DNA of 32,000 bases, taken from contig NC_003272.1 of the NCBI RefSeq assembly GCF_000009705.1, positions 1,080,001-1,112,000 on the forward strand, read 5' to 3'. The notes under the pieces were generated by a model, which ran no database searches, was not told where the DNA came from, and worked only from the letters and a program-made list of their open reading frames with translations. Made by a program: the position numbers and the translations under genes. Every line of letters starts with the position of its first letter. Within the stretch, counting starts at the first letter, position 1. This DNA is from Nostoc sp. PCC 7120 = FACHB-418 (GTDB lineage Bacteria > Cyanobacteriota > Cyanobacteriia > Cyanobacteriales > Nostocaceae). Positions 1 through 9,426 of the stretch are shown piece after piece.

Positions 1-30
1 GCCATTTAAAAAGTCCGGTTTGCTGACCAT
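1..30 (-). CDS. Possible 5' end of the next gene in the hmp/pil chemotaxis-like operon (CheW-like expected). Only 10 codons lie in the window.
   Basis: ATG at 28-30 (minus) lies 13 nt after the stop of the CheY-like gene and reads MVSKPDFLNG off the window edge. Identity is inferred from operon order only. Confidence 0.2.
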   Translation of the reverse strand, partial: MVSKPDFLNG

Positions 31-43
31 ATTGTTTTCATCC

Positions 44-409
44 TTATCCTCGCAGTAGTTGTTTGACTGTTCCCACCAATTCGGTTGGTTGAAACGGTTT
101 TGCTATGTAAGCATCCGCACCTTGTTTCATACCCCAGTAGCGGTCAAATTCTTCTCCTTTAGAAGAACACATCACTACCGGGACATTTTGGGTTTTTGGA
201 TCTGACTTTAATCGACGGCAAACTTCGTAGCCATTCATTTTGGGCATGACAATATCTAGGACTACGAGATCGGGAGGTTCTTCTTTGATTGCCTCTAATG
301 CTTCTAATCCGTCAGTTGCATGGGTAACTGTTAAGCCACTAGCTTTCAGGAGGTCTGTAATCATCTCCCTCTGTGCAAGACTGTCTTCCACAATCAGAAC
401 TGTACTCAT
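44..409 (-). CDS. Single-domain CheY-like response regulator (PilH/HmpB-type)
   Basis: 121-aa REC domain with VLIVEDS acidic pocket, LVVLDIVMPKMNGYE phospho-acceptor Asp and AYIAKPF Lys. It sits directly downstream of a PatA-type regulator. Confidence 0.85.
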   Translation of the reverse strand: MSTVLIVEDSLAQREMITDLLKASGLTVTHATDGLEALEAIKEEPPDLVVLDIVMPKMNGYEVCRRLKSDPKTQNVPVVMCSSKGEEFDRYWGMKQGADAYIAKPFQPTELVGTVKQLLRG

Positions 410-654
410 AAATGGCTATCTACCTCCTGATGTAGACGTTCCTGTTTGGAACATTCCCTGATCTCCCCACAATAATTACTGTATAAATTAATTCTATTGT
501 TTGGTTAATTGTCTTGATAATACTTTGTCTCGGAGTAGGTTGATTCTGTGATAACATCTTTTACCCCATATTTTACGGAATCAACAAGTCTAAATAGGGG
601 CTAGGGATGAGAGAAAAGGTGTCCCGCCACTTTGGTAATAGATAATTACGAATG

Positions 655-700
655 GGTAATAGGCCTATTACCTATTACCCATTACCCATTACCAAATTCC
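655..700. repeat. STRR heptamer array (nATTACC) preceded by the palindrome GGTAATAGG/CCTATTACC; overlaps the 3' end of the PatA-type gene
   Basis: Read directly. Confidence 0.8.
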
Positions 701-1920
701 CATCCCTTGGTGGGCGAGGATTTTAAGTATTTTTCTACAAGCATGAGTAATTCATCATCATTAAAAGGTTTTATGAGGTAATCTGTTGCCCCGGCCATCC
801 TAGCTCTGATTTGATCTATAAATTTATCTTTACTACTCAACATAATCATCGGTATATACCGAAATACTTGAGATTGACGCAGCATGGCACAAATCTCATA
901 ACCATTTAGTTCGGGTGAGGAAATGTCACAGAAAACTAAATTTGGTCGGAGTTGAAAAATTAGACCTAAAGCTTCTAGGGGATTAGTTAACACGATTACT
1001 TCCGGTATAGTGTAGCCCGTCGTTTCATATCCTCGCGCTTGCAGAATAGACTCTACAGTTTCACAAATACTTTTTGTATCGTCAATACAGAGGATTTTTG
1101 CTTTCTTGTGGTTCCCTGGTATGTGGATGTTGATCTGACAATTATTTGGTTCTGGATAGGTTAGTTTTAACCAACCTTGTTGTACATACGGGTAGATAAC
1201 CTTGGCAACTGTCAAAATGTCCCGGTTGAGATAACGTGCTAGTTGACGTAAAGTAGTTTTTCCATCAGCCCATTGTTCGAGTTTATTCATTGTGGCTTCT
1301 GGAAGTGATGAGTTTATGTGAACTCTTTCAGCTAATATTGGCAATTGTTCTGGAGAATGAATATAGGGATATAGCTCGTGCCATTCTTGTAATTGTTGGG
1401 TGGCTTGAGTGACTAATGGCGAAATCTCCCAGGTAGTTAATCGGGGAGCGATCGCTGTATCCTGACAAAAAATAAACCTCCCTTGGTGTAAACTCAACAA
1501 GTCAAATAATGTCTCACCAACCAAACGGTAGATAATATTTTCAGCTATTTGAGGATTAATAATATTCCGCTCTAATAACAGCCAAAGATAGTCATATTCT
1601 GAAGAATTAAGTTTACCTAAACTAGTCAGATATTGTTCGTTTAGGCCTATTTCTACGCGATAGTAACGCAAATAGCCATCAATCCGCGAAAAATTACTAT
1701 CTCCTTCTTGGCAATAAATTATTTGCCCATTCAGAAAAAATATCAGCCAATATTTTTGCTGGTAGTTCCTAAAATAATCTGCTCCCTCTGCATCTTCTTT
1801 AGCATTTTGATTACCTTTGTACAAGCTAGGTGCTTCAATCAAAAGTTGCCCAGTTCGCTGTCCCAGTTCAATCAATTGCAGGATACTGCGAATATCGATT
1901 TCATGTAAACTTCCCTGCAT
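682..1920 (-). CDS. PatA-type response regulator (N-terminal PATAN/DUF4388 domain plus C-terminal REC; PilG/HmpA-like)
   Basis: The N-terminus MQGSLHEIDIRSILQLIELGQRTGQL is typical of PATAN. The C-terminal REC has ILCIDDT, VFCDISSPELNGYE and DYLIKPF. The last codons (WEFGNG) are encoded by an STRR array. Confidence 0.8.
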   Translation of the reverse strand: MQGSLHEIDIRSILQLIELGQRTGQLLIEAPSLYKGNQNAKEDAEGADYFRNYQQKYWLIFFLNGQIIYCQEGDSNFSRIDGYLRYYRVEIGLNEQYLTSLGKLNSSEYDYLWLLLERNIINPQIAENIIYRLVGETLFDLLSLHQGRFIFCQDTAIAPRLTTWEISPLVTQATQQLQEWHELYPYIHSPEQLPILAERVHINSSLPEATMNKLEQWADGKTTLRQLARYLNRDILTVAKVIYPYVQQGWLKLTYPEPNNCQINIHIPGNHKKAKILCIDDTKSICETVESILQARGYETTGYTIPEVIVLTNPLEALGLIFQLRPNLVFCDISSPELNGYEICAMLRQSQVFRYIPMIMLSSKDKFIDQIRARMAGATDYLIKPFNDDELLMLVEKYLKSSPTKGWEFGNG

Positions 1921-1943
1921 TTAGTTTAGTCCAGAGTCATTAG

Positions 1944-1974
1944 TCAGTTGTCAGTTGTCAGTTGTCAGTTGTCA
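1944..1974. repeat. STRR heptamer array TCAGTTG x4 plus a partial unit
   Basis: Read directly, 24 nt upstream of the PatA-type gene start. Confidence 0.85.
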
Positions 1975-2334
1975 TTCACCATTAGTATTCCGCTTTTCTC
2001 TCCTGCTCCCTTCCTCCTACTCTCCATTCCCCAGATATTTCTTTCACAACCAGTCTTAATCAGGTAATACATTTACTTATAAACTGTAAATTTTCTTAAT
2101 AGAATTGAGATAAAGTTAGTGATAACACGGAAGTCATCATAACTGCCATCAGTACAAAATATTAAAGACAACAATCAATTCGCTGTTCTCAATATCGAAA
2201 CGCTATATTTCGCTCCTATAAATAGTTTTGTTCGTCTGATTCTCCTCAATTTAGGTGAAATTAAGACAATTTAGCAGAATTATATAAGGTATATCTCAAA
2301 ACATTGGCATCAAGTACACAAGAGGAAGAACGGT

Positions 2335-4086
2335 GTGCTGTATTTAGCAGAAGTACAAAAGCAGAAAGGTGGCTTACTAAGTGGTAGTTCCAAAACCGAA
2401 TTAAAACTGCTAGCTTGTCAGCGAACCGACCAGAATTGGAGTACTGTGTCGGAAGAGGTAATTGCAGCAGAGGAAGCCAGCAAGTTAAATGATGGCGCAC
2501 TGGTTTTGGTAGAACTCACACCAAACCGCCAAGTGCAAAGGATTCAGGAGGCTGGTAGGCCGCTCGTTAATATTTTGCAGAATTTTTCCCGACAGTTGGA
2601 AAAATATAAGCTGAAGGAAGACGAAATCGACCAGTGGAAGGAGTCGCTGACATTTCAGGCGCAGGAGTTAAATCGCCGAGAAATGGATATGGAAGCGCGA
2701 CTGGAACAGTTACACGAAATGGAAGAAGAGTTCCAACGTCTGGAAGCGCATAAACAGGAAGTAGACACATCCCGTGAAAAAATTGAGCAGTTACAATCTG
2801 AAGTTGAACGCAATCGCCAAGAATTAGAAGGTGCTTGGGAGCATTTACGGGGTGAGCAGCGCCGTTTAGAGGAACGCTTGCAAGAGGGGAATGTTTTGGA
2901 TGCGACTCAAAGTCAGGCGATGAGTGAATTACTCGATCGCTTATCTAGTCGCATTGCTCCCACAGAAACCGTTAGGGAACACCTGCGTGTGGCTGTGGAA
3001 TTAATCGAAAAACAGCAAGCTACTCTGAATCCTCACTGGCAAAATCTTGAAGAACAAAAAACGTTAGTTAATCAAAAGCAAGAAGAAGCTGATAAATTGG
3101 CGCAAACATATAGCGATCGCCAAAACTCATTCAAACAAGCACAGGATTCTTTACAACAGCAAACTGCTCAATTAAAAGTTAATACGACCTCACTTGCAGT
3201 CAAAGAAGAATATATTCGCTTTGTGAGAGAGCAGTTGCAATCTCAAGATACTTTATATCAACAGATTAATTTTTTGGCTGCTACTTCTGGTAATGCGGTT
3301 CCCAGCCAGAAATTAGATGTGCAGGCTCTGGAGAATATGCCTTTAGATGAACTACAAAAGATAGTTCAGGATTTAATAGATAAATTGGGAATAGATTCTA
3401 GTTTTGTTCACGACCAAGAACAAGAACTGACATATAAACAACAAACCATAGAAGAACTGCAACAAAAAATTAACCAAGCATCTGGTCAAGATTTAGTTAA
3501 TTTGCAACTGGAATTGTCAGATGAACGAGACTTGTATCAGATGCTTAATCAAACTTTGGTTGGACAAAGACGCAATTTGTTAGCCAGGCAAAAGTTGATT
3601 CAGCAACACCAAAACGTACTACTCCGGCGACAAGGACAACCTGTTACCACCACAGAAGAAGATAACAGCGTCGATTTTTCCCCAATTCTGCAACAAATCG
3701 ACACCCAAAGGCAAAAACAATCCCAAGAATTACAGCACCTGGAACGAGAAATTGAACAAATGCGTTCTGCTATTGAGCTAGACCAAGGGATGATTGACAA
3801 TCAAGCTCATGACCTCCAAGAAAAGGAGCAGGAACTGAAAAATATAGAGTCAGATTTACTGTCATTAAAAACAGCAACTGCTGAATGCTGGGGTCGAATA
3901 AATCTCTATCAAGAAGCTCTACAACCCATTCAGGATTGTGTAGATGAGTTAAGGCAAAAGCTGCAAGGAATTGGAGAATCTTTGGCTCAAATCCAAGAAA
4001 CAGGTGATTATCAACTCCAAACTATTGCCGAGATTCGTCAGACTATCAATAGTTTTATATCTCAGCCTGAGTTGTTGGCATCTTAA
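2335..4086 (+). CDS. hmpF: Long coiled-coil protein, HmpF-like (motility/type IV pilus polarity factor)
   Basis: 583 aa, GTG start, very rich in E/Q/L/K/R with heptad-like character throughout. It is divergent from the PatA-type regulator, as I recall for hmpF in Nostoc punctiforme. The assignment rests on composition and synteny. Confidence 0.55.
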   Translation: MLYLAEVQKQKGGLLSGSSKTELKLLACQRTDQNWSTVSEEVIAAEEASKLNDGALVLVELTPNRQVQRIQEAGRPLVNILQNFSRQLEKYKLKEDEIDQWKESLTFQAQELNRREMDMEARLEQLHEMEEEFQRLEAHKQEVDTSREKIEQLQSEVERNRQELEGAWEHLRGEQRRLEERLQEGNVLDATQSQAMSELLDRLSSRIAPTETVREHLRVAVELIEKQQATLNPHWQNLEEQKTLVNQKQEEADKLAQTYSDRQNSFKQAQDSLQQQTAQLKVNTTSLAVKEEYIRFVREQLQSQDTLYQQINFLAATSGNAVPSQKLDVQALENMPLDELQKIVQDLIDKLGIDSSFVHDQEQELTYKQQTIEELQQKINQASGQDLVNLQLELSDERDLYQMLNQTLVGQRRNLLARQKLIQQHQNVLLRRQGQPVTTTEEDNSVDFSPILQQIDTQRQKQSQELQHLEREIEQMRSAIELDQGMIDNQAHDLQEKEQELKNIESDLLSLKTATAECWGRINLYQEALQPIQDCVDELRQKLQGIGESLAQIQETGDYQLQTIAEIRQTINSFISQPELLAS

Positions 4087-4110
4087 CAATTCAAAATTCA
4101 AAATTCAAAA
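4087..4110. repeat. Heptamer array AATTCAA x3 immediately after the hmpF-like stop
   Basis: Read directly. Confidence 0.75.
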
Positions 4111-4115
4111 TATTT

Positions 4116-4242
4116 AGGACTTACGCAGTGATAGGAAGAATCAAGGGTTTGGGCGAGGGTATAGGTGTTCAAAACCCTTATACCCCTATACCCTCATACC
4201 CTTACACCCCTTCTGAACAAATAACCTCTGTGAGTAAGTCCT
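4116..4242. mobile_element. 127-bp MITE-like element with perfect 9-bp terminal inverted repeats AGGACTTAC / GTAAGTCCT
   Basis: The TIRs were read directly. The interior can fold (AAGGGTTT...AAACCCTT; AGGGTATAGG...CCTATACCCT). A truncated relative ending in GTAAGTCC lies at about 12522-12600. Confidence 0.6.
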
Positions 4243-4311
4243 GATATTTTGAGTCGGGGATTTAAACCCTTGGATTTAGGATAAAAAGCAGCAATGAGGT
4301 GAGAAGCAGAA

Positions 4312-5340
4312 TTAATTGCTGCGCCTTTCCCCGTTCCTTAATATTATCCAATTGCCTTGGACTTGAGCGATCGCACCACCAGGGAAAGGATCTGTTTGCG
4401 AACGGTTGGGTGCTGTGATTAAGGCTGTTAATTTCTCGATATGCTCAAAATTAGGCGCATCAGCAAGTATTTCTTGTAATATCTGCCGCATCACTCGGCG
4501 TTGCAGCGCTAAGGGTGCTTTCTGCAATACCTGACGGTTAAGCCGTAATAGAAGGGATGAAGGAGATGAGGAAGATAAAAATTCTTCCCCTACTTCCCAT
4601 TCCATCGCCTCTTCCTTCAACTGCTGGGCGGTGCGTTCTAGATACTCAACATCTGCTTGTAGGAGTTCGGCGGTTTGGGCTATGGCTAATTCGGCTTGGG
4701 GATTAAAATTGGCTTGTAAGTAGGGAATTAATTCTTGACGGATGCGATTACGAGCATATTTTAAGTCTTGATTGGTGGAATCTTCCCAGATTGGTAGCTG
4801 AAACTCTTGACAAAATTGTTCTGTTTGTTTGCGAGTAATTTCCAATAATGGACGTACTAACAAAATATTTTCAGTGAGTGGACGCTGCCAAGTCAAAGCT
4901 TGTAAGCCATCTGCACCAGTACCACGCATTAAATTGTAAAGTAAAGTTTCAGCGCGATCGCTGGCTGTGTGACCTGTGACTATATATTGGTAATTGTGTG
5001 CTTGAGCGATCGCACTTAAAGCCTGATATCGCCACTCACGCGCCGTAGCTTCACTATTTACAGGTTTAGTTGCTGTTTCTAAGTAAAAAGACACACCCCA
5101 ATTTTCAGCTAAATTTTTGACATGATCAGCATTAGCTTGGGAGTCAGCACGCCAGCGATGATCACAATGGGCAATACCTAATTCCCATCCCCATTTCGGT
5201 TGTAAATCTAACAATAATTTAATTAAACACAGAGAATCTTGTCCACCAGAGACTGCGACTAGTAGCCTTTTATTGCCCTCAAATAAATGGCGCGATCGGA
5301 TAGTACGATGTATTTCTGCATGAAGCTGAGTCCATACCAT
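4312..5340 (-). CDS. tilS: tRNA(Ile)-lysidine synthase
   Basis: N-terminal PP-loop ATPase motif VAVSGGQDS, followed by HCDHRWR and TGHTASDRAETLL, typical of TilS. 342 aa. Confidence 0.85.
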   Translation of the reverse strand: MVWTQLHAEIHRTIRSRHLFEGNKRLLVAVSGGQDSLCLIKLLLDLQPKWGWELGIAHCDHRWRADSQANADHVKNLAENWGVSFYLETATKPVNSEATAREWRYQALSAIAQAHNYQYIVTGHTASDRAETLLYNLMRGTGADGLQALTWQRPLTENILLVRPLLEITRKQTEQFCQEFQLPIWEDSTNQDLKYARNRIRQELIPYLQANFNPQAELAIAQTAELLQADVEYLERTAQQLKEEAMEWEVGEEFLSSSSPSSLLLRLNRQVLQKAPLALQRRVMRQILQEILADAPNFEHIEKLTALITAPNRSQTDPFPGGAIAQVQGNWIILRNGERRSN

Positions 5341-5427
5341 AGAGTCATGAGTACTGATTAGGGTGTAGGTGTATAGGGGAAATATGACCCATCTGTTTAA
5401 GCGGAAATTTAGTGTAAAACTACAGCA

Positions 5428-5444
5428 ATTCTCATTATGAGAAT
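5428..5444. promoter_or_regulatory. Perfect 8+1+8 palindrome ATTCTCAT-T-ATGAGAAT upstream of the endonuclease gene; candidate operator
   Basis: Read directly from the sequence. It lies 55 nt upstream of the ATG at 5500, and a TATAAA hexamer follows at about 5469. Confidence 0.3.
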
Positions 5445-5499
5445 CTTGGAAGCATATTAATTTATGTTATAAAACTGAAACATTTAATGCTTCTAGGAA

Positions 5500-6192
5500 A
5501 TGATGTCGAAATTTATACAAAATGCAGCAGAGATTGCAAAAAAGGCGATGGATAGTGTTGATCCATCACTTAGTGAGAAATTTACAATTGTTATACGATT
5601 CCTTACCGATAACCCTGATGCGGCCTCGGCGCTAAAAGGTAAAGAGCGGTCAATCGTAGGGACGGAAGAATATATTATCGCCAGTGCAACAAATTTCAAA
5701 AAAGGTCGTGACCCAAGAACACCTTTGCCACCTAGTACAATCCCGGATGAAATGGTAAGCGTCATCCTGAACAAGTATTTTGAAGTTCCCTCTGAGGAAC
5801 TGGAAAAAGCCGAAGAATGGCACCGCCTATCGATGGGGGCTGAGAATATTGTGGGGGATTTGTTAGAAAGGTATATTGCAGAAGTCATCGAGCCGCATGG
5901 ATGGATCTGGTGTTCAGGTTCTATGGTGAGAGCAGTTGATTTTATATATTGTGATAGCGAAAATGTCTGGCAATCACTGCAAGTAAAAAACAGGGATAAT
6001 ACTGAAAATTCTTCTTCGGCCGCTATACGTCATGGCACCCCAATTAAAAAATGGTTCCGAACTTTTTCTAAAAAAAGGGGAGATAATTGGGATAAATTCC
6101 CTTCATTGGAAGGGAAAGAGAATCTTTCAGAAAAAGGCTTCAAATTGTATGTGGAAAAATACCTTTCTGCCTTAAGAGCTATCAAAGCCTAA
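5500..6192 (+). CDS. Putative type II restriction endonuclease (SinI/AvaII-like, GGWCC suspected)
   Basis: 230 aa, convergent with and 3 bp from a C5 DNA methyltransferase. It has a plausible PD-(D/E)xK core (LLERYIAE ... AVDFIY ... LQVKNR). The size matches what I recall for R.SinI. The window is depleted of GGWCC. Confidence 0.55.
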   Translation: MMSKFIQNAAEIAKKAMDSVDPSLSEKFTIVIRFLTDNPDAASALKGKERSIVGTEEYIIASATNFKKGRDPRTPLPPSTIPDEMVSVILNKYFEVPSEELEKAEEWHRLSMGAENIVGDLLERYIAEVIEPHGWIWCSGSMVRAVDFIYCDSENVWQSLQVKNRDNTENSSSAAIRHGTPIKKWFRTFSKKRGDNWDKFPSLEGKENLSEKGFKLYVEKYLSALRAIKA

Positions 6193-6195
6193 CTC

Positions 6196-7629
6196 TTATA
6201 AAGCACATACCGTAAAAGGTGAACCCTGGACTGGTTTTTCCTCTTCTAGGGATTTTGTAATTTTAGCCTCCCATGACACATCATCGTTACCTTTGTAGCG
6301 GGAAAATGGGAAGTTCAAAGGCGGGTGTTCTATCTTGCCACTCATGTGTGCAAGAATTGCTTTGCCAATTGCTTCTCCAAAACCAACAGGCACAGCATTC
6401 CCTATCTGCCGATATTGATCCATGAGGGAACCACATACGACCCAACTATCTGGAAACTGCTGGATGCGTTTATATTCCTGAATACTTAATGGGCGAAGAT
6501 ATTCCGGGTGACAGATATCAGTCGCTGGCATGGCAGGGGATGTCACTAGGGTGCAGCTTGGCCTATCCCAAGACAAACGCCTAAGGAAACCAGTTTTTCC
6601 TCCCCCTGAATAATAGGATTTCCCTAATGCTTCCTTTTGCAATTCATCAGGGAGATGTTTCCAATACTGCCCTTCTTTTAACATTCTGTAATACTTTAAC
6701 CTTCCTTCGGGGAACTCAATATACTCCGCGTCACTTTGATCCAGGTTTGTAATAGACTCACGTAGGGTTCTCCATTTATCAAGGCCAAAATCACCCATTT
6801 CTGAATGTGTGGGGCATAGATAAGGAACCTTGTCCTTTCCACGATGGCAGATCATGACTACTCTTTCCCTAATTTGGGGAACGCCATAATTTGCCGTGTT
6901 ATATAAGTTGAAACTGATACTGTATCCGCCTTTACGAAGTTCATCCACAATATATTTCAAGGCACCACCTGGCATTTCTTCCCTCGATAAAGGGGCATTA
7001 TCTTTACCCCTTTCTAAGTGCGGGCGGTGTAGCAACGGAGCGGAAAGGAGTCCTCTTACATTCTCGATGACAGCATATTTTGGGCGTATTTGTAAAATAA
7101 GTTCAATGTATTTCAGGAATATATTGCCCCTCTCGTCTTTGAAACCACGCCTTGCCCCTGCTGTAGAAAAAGCTTGGCAGGGAGGTCCACCTAACATAAT
7201 GTCTACATCTTCTTTGGCTAGATTGGCATGGTCTAAGATGTCCTGAGCGCTGTAAGCCGCTATATCCCCCAAAAGTGCAATATCTGGCTTGTTTGCAACT
7301 ATTGTCTGTCGACAATACTTATCCACCTCACACGCAAGGAGGATTTCGATACCTGCTTTCTCGAAACCAAGATCAAGCCCCATAGCTCCTGAGAAAAAAG
7401 AGATGGCTTTGACTGCTTGGTGATGATTTTCCTGGGTTGTCCTGTCTACAGGATAATTCTCTTTGGTTCGGTTGAGGTAATTTTCAACTGCCTCTGGCTC
7501 CAAAACCCATACTTTCCCTACTTGCTGTCCCTTGATATCACCACTACGCAATAGAGTACGAACTCTTTGCTCAGAAATACCTATTTTTAAAGCTGCTTCT
7601 TTTGTGGACAAATAGGGAATAGATGTCAT
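6196..7629 (-). CDS. DNA (cytosine-5)-methyltransferase with N-terminal helix-turn-helix domain
   Basis: Motif [13 protein letters not shown], motif [11 protein letters not shown], motif VI ENVRGL, motif VIII QIRERV, motif X QIGNAVP. The N-terminal roughly 55 aa ([26 protein letters not shown]) looks like an MerR/excisionase-type HTH. Confidence 0.9.
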   Translation of the reverse strand: MTSIPYLSTKEAALKIGISEQRVRTLLRSGDIKGQQVGKVWVLEPEAVENYLNRTKENYPVDRTTQENHHQAVKAISFFSGAMGLDLGFEKAGIEILLACEVDKYCRQTIVANKPDIALLGDIAAYSAQDILDHANLAKEDVDIMLGGPPCQAFSTAGARRGFKDERGNIFLKYIELILQIRPKYAVIENVRGLLSAPLLHRPHLERGKDNAPLSREEMPGGALKYIVDELRKGGYSISFNLYNTANYGVPQIRERVVMICHRGKDKVPYLCPTHSEMGDFGLDKWRTLRESITNLDQSDAEYIEFPEGRLKYYRMLKEGQYWKHLPDELQKEALGKSYYSGGGKTGFLRRLSWDRPSCTLVTSPAMPATDICHPEYLRPLSIQEYKRIQQFPDSWVVCGSLMDQYRQIGNAVPVGFGEAIGKAILAHMSGKIEHPPLNFPFSRYKGNDDVSWEAKITKSLEEEKPVQGSPFTVCAL

Positions 7630-7753
7630 TTCGCTAACGAAACTTTTTTCATACCACCATTAGCATTTATCAAGCGGCTATGTCAACGAGCCACCGTTAA
7701 AAATGACCAGGGAATAAAAGAGTAAAAACTTACACCTGTGAGCCACCCACCCA

Positions 7754-8065
7754 TCATAAAATATCAAAGTGTGCTAATTTTTCGCTAATTTCTTCTAATG
7801 GTGATTCGGGTTCATCAGGAGAAAATTCTAAAGCCAGTCTCACTTTGCCTTTTTTCCATCCTTGAGCCGTAAATTTTAATACTTCACAATTTATACCTAA
7901 AGTATATAAATTTGCTTCAGGTGTGCCGTCTGCTCCAATATATTCTTTAATCGCTGTAATTAAATCACGAACTTTAAAAGTTTTAGCAATATCTAACTTA
8001 TTAAATGTATCTGGTTCTATAGATACTACTTCATCATGGTTTAGTCTTTCAAATCCATCTCCCAT
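7754..8065 (-). CDS. KGK-domain protein (cyanobacterial, function unknown)
   Basis: 103 aa with the GWKKGKVRL motif and the size typical of the KGK family, recognised from memory. Confidence 0.5.
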   Translation of the reverse strand: MGDGFERLNHDEVVSIEPDTFNKLDIAKTFKVRDLITAIKEYIGADGTPEANLYTLGINCEVLKFTAQGWKKGKVRLALEFSPDEPESPLEEISEKLAHFDIL

Positions 8066-8195
8066 AAGAAACTCCTGTGGCTAAATCTATAGTTTCTTTC
8101 CACAGATATAATGCTTTATCCGCAATAAATCATGATTTTGTAGATTTAGTGACAACTAATATAAATATTTATACTCAGTTATTTAATGAGATAGA

Positions 8196-8223
8196 TTCTC
8201 CTCTCCAAGAACGAAGAGGAGAA
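8196..8223 (-). terminator. Hairpin downstream of ccsA (9-bp stem TTCTCCTCT/AGAGGAGAA, 10-nt loop)
   Basis: The inverted repeat was read directly. It lies 16 nt after the ccsA stop on the minus strand. The U-tract is weak. Confidence 0.3.
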
Positions 8224-8238
8224 CGACGGATAAGTTGT

Positions 8239-9294
8239 TTAAAAAAACCACCCGTAGGAATGTAAACCTTTGCCCAAAAGATTGACACCAAGGTAACAAA
8301 TCCAGACAACAACAAAGCCACTAGCAGCTAAAATTGCTGGGCGACGACCTTGCCAACCACGGGTAATTCTGGCGTGGAGGTAGGCGGCGAATACTAACCA
8401 AGTAATCAGCGCCCAAGTTTCTTTAGGGTCCCAACTCCAATAGGAACCCCATGCTTCGTTTGCCCAAACTGCACCGGCAATAATCCCAATTGTCAATAGA
8501 GGAAATCCTAAACCGATGATACGATAGCTGATGTTATCCAGGGTTTCGGCTAGGCTGAGGCGTTGGGGTGAGAGGGTTTCTGTTGATGTTAAGGTTGGGG
8601 TTTGAGGGGTGGTAGCTAAGTTTAATACGGCTGTGTTACTGTTGCCATTATTTTGGCTTTCCAAACGAGTAAAACCATTATTTTCTACTGGTGGTGTTGC
8701 TGGTTGAGAAACTAGTTCACCAGCTTTCATCAAGCGATAGCCGTTGGTACGATAGCCACCATTACCTACAGAACTGCCTTGTAACTGTATATTGTTACCA
8801 CGAGTGATCACCAAGAAAGCGATCGCCAATAATGAACCTACCATCAAGGCCGAATAACTCAACATCATGACGCTGACGTGCATCATCAGCCAGTTTGACT
8901 TTAATGCTGGTACTAAGGGTTCTGATACCTGCATATCTGATGGCAATGTTAAGGTAGCAAAAGCCACAATTCCCATAGCCACAGGGGTAGTAAACACACC
9001 GACTAAACGACTGCGGCTAGAATTTTCAGCAATCAGATGAACGGTTGTAATTCCCCAAGACAGGAAGAACAGCGACTCATACAAATTACTTAAAGGGAAA
9101 TAACCAGCTTCGATCCAGCGTGCGCCCAGCAGGGTTGCTATGGACAAATTAGCGATCGCCATCCCAGCTGTTCCTAAAGCATTAATCGCTGGTAAACCGG
9201 GAAACGCTGCACCTATCCAATAAAGCAGCATTGTAAGGAATAAGACGGCAAAGGACGCGTTATCTAACCAGTTCTGGAGTGAAACCAGATTCAT
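8239..9294 (-). CDS. ccsA: Cytochrome c biogenesis protein CcsA (system II heme handling)
   Basis: Trp-rich WWD motif [18 protein letters not shown], multiple TM helices and conserved His residues. 351 aa with a loop insertion. Confidence 0.85.
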   Translation of the reverse strand: MNLVSLQNWLDNASFAVLFLTMLLYWIGAAFPGLPAINALGTAGMAIANLSIATLLGARWIEAGYFPLSNLYESLFFLSWGITTVHLIAENSSRSRLVGVFTTPVAMGIVAFATLTLPSDMQVSEPLVPALKSNWLMMHVSVMMLSYSALMVGSLLAIAFLVITRGNNIQLQGSSVGNGGYRTNGYRLMKAGELVSQPATPPVENNGFTRLESQNNGNSNTAVLNLATTPQTPTLTSTETLSPQRLSLAETLDNISYRIIGLGFPLLTIGIIAGAVWANEAWGSYWSWDPKETWALITWLVFAAYLHARITRGWQGRRPAILAASGFVVVWICYLGVNLLGKGLHSYGWFF

Positions 9295-9426
9295 AAAATG
9301 TTCTCCGCAGTGGATTTTTGAAAATCATTTATCCTGACTTTTCTGATCCTATCTGCTCTAGGGAGTTCAAAATTTAAAATTCAACATTCAAAATTAGAAA
9401 TTTTCACCAAACCTACTTGAGTGGTC

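Noticed and set aside
5493-7315. Antisense ORFs inside the R-M genes (5493-5888, 6896-7246, 7103-7315), considered as possible hidden controller or antitoxin-like genes
   Set aside because: They are entirely embedded opposite well-supported CDSs. Their composition is low-complexity or skewed, and they show no start context or HTH-like segment. They are typical shadow ORFs.
5341-8238. The R-M plus KGK interval, considered as a bounded mobile genomic island
   Set aside because: I could find no integrase, transposase, tRNA attachment site or flanking direct repeats. I therefore call it accessory by content only.
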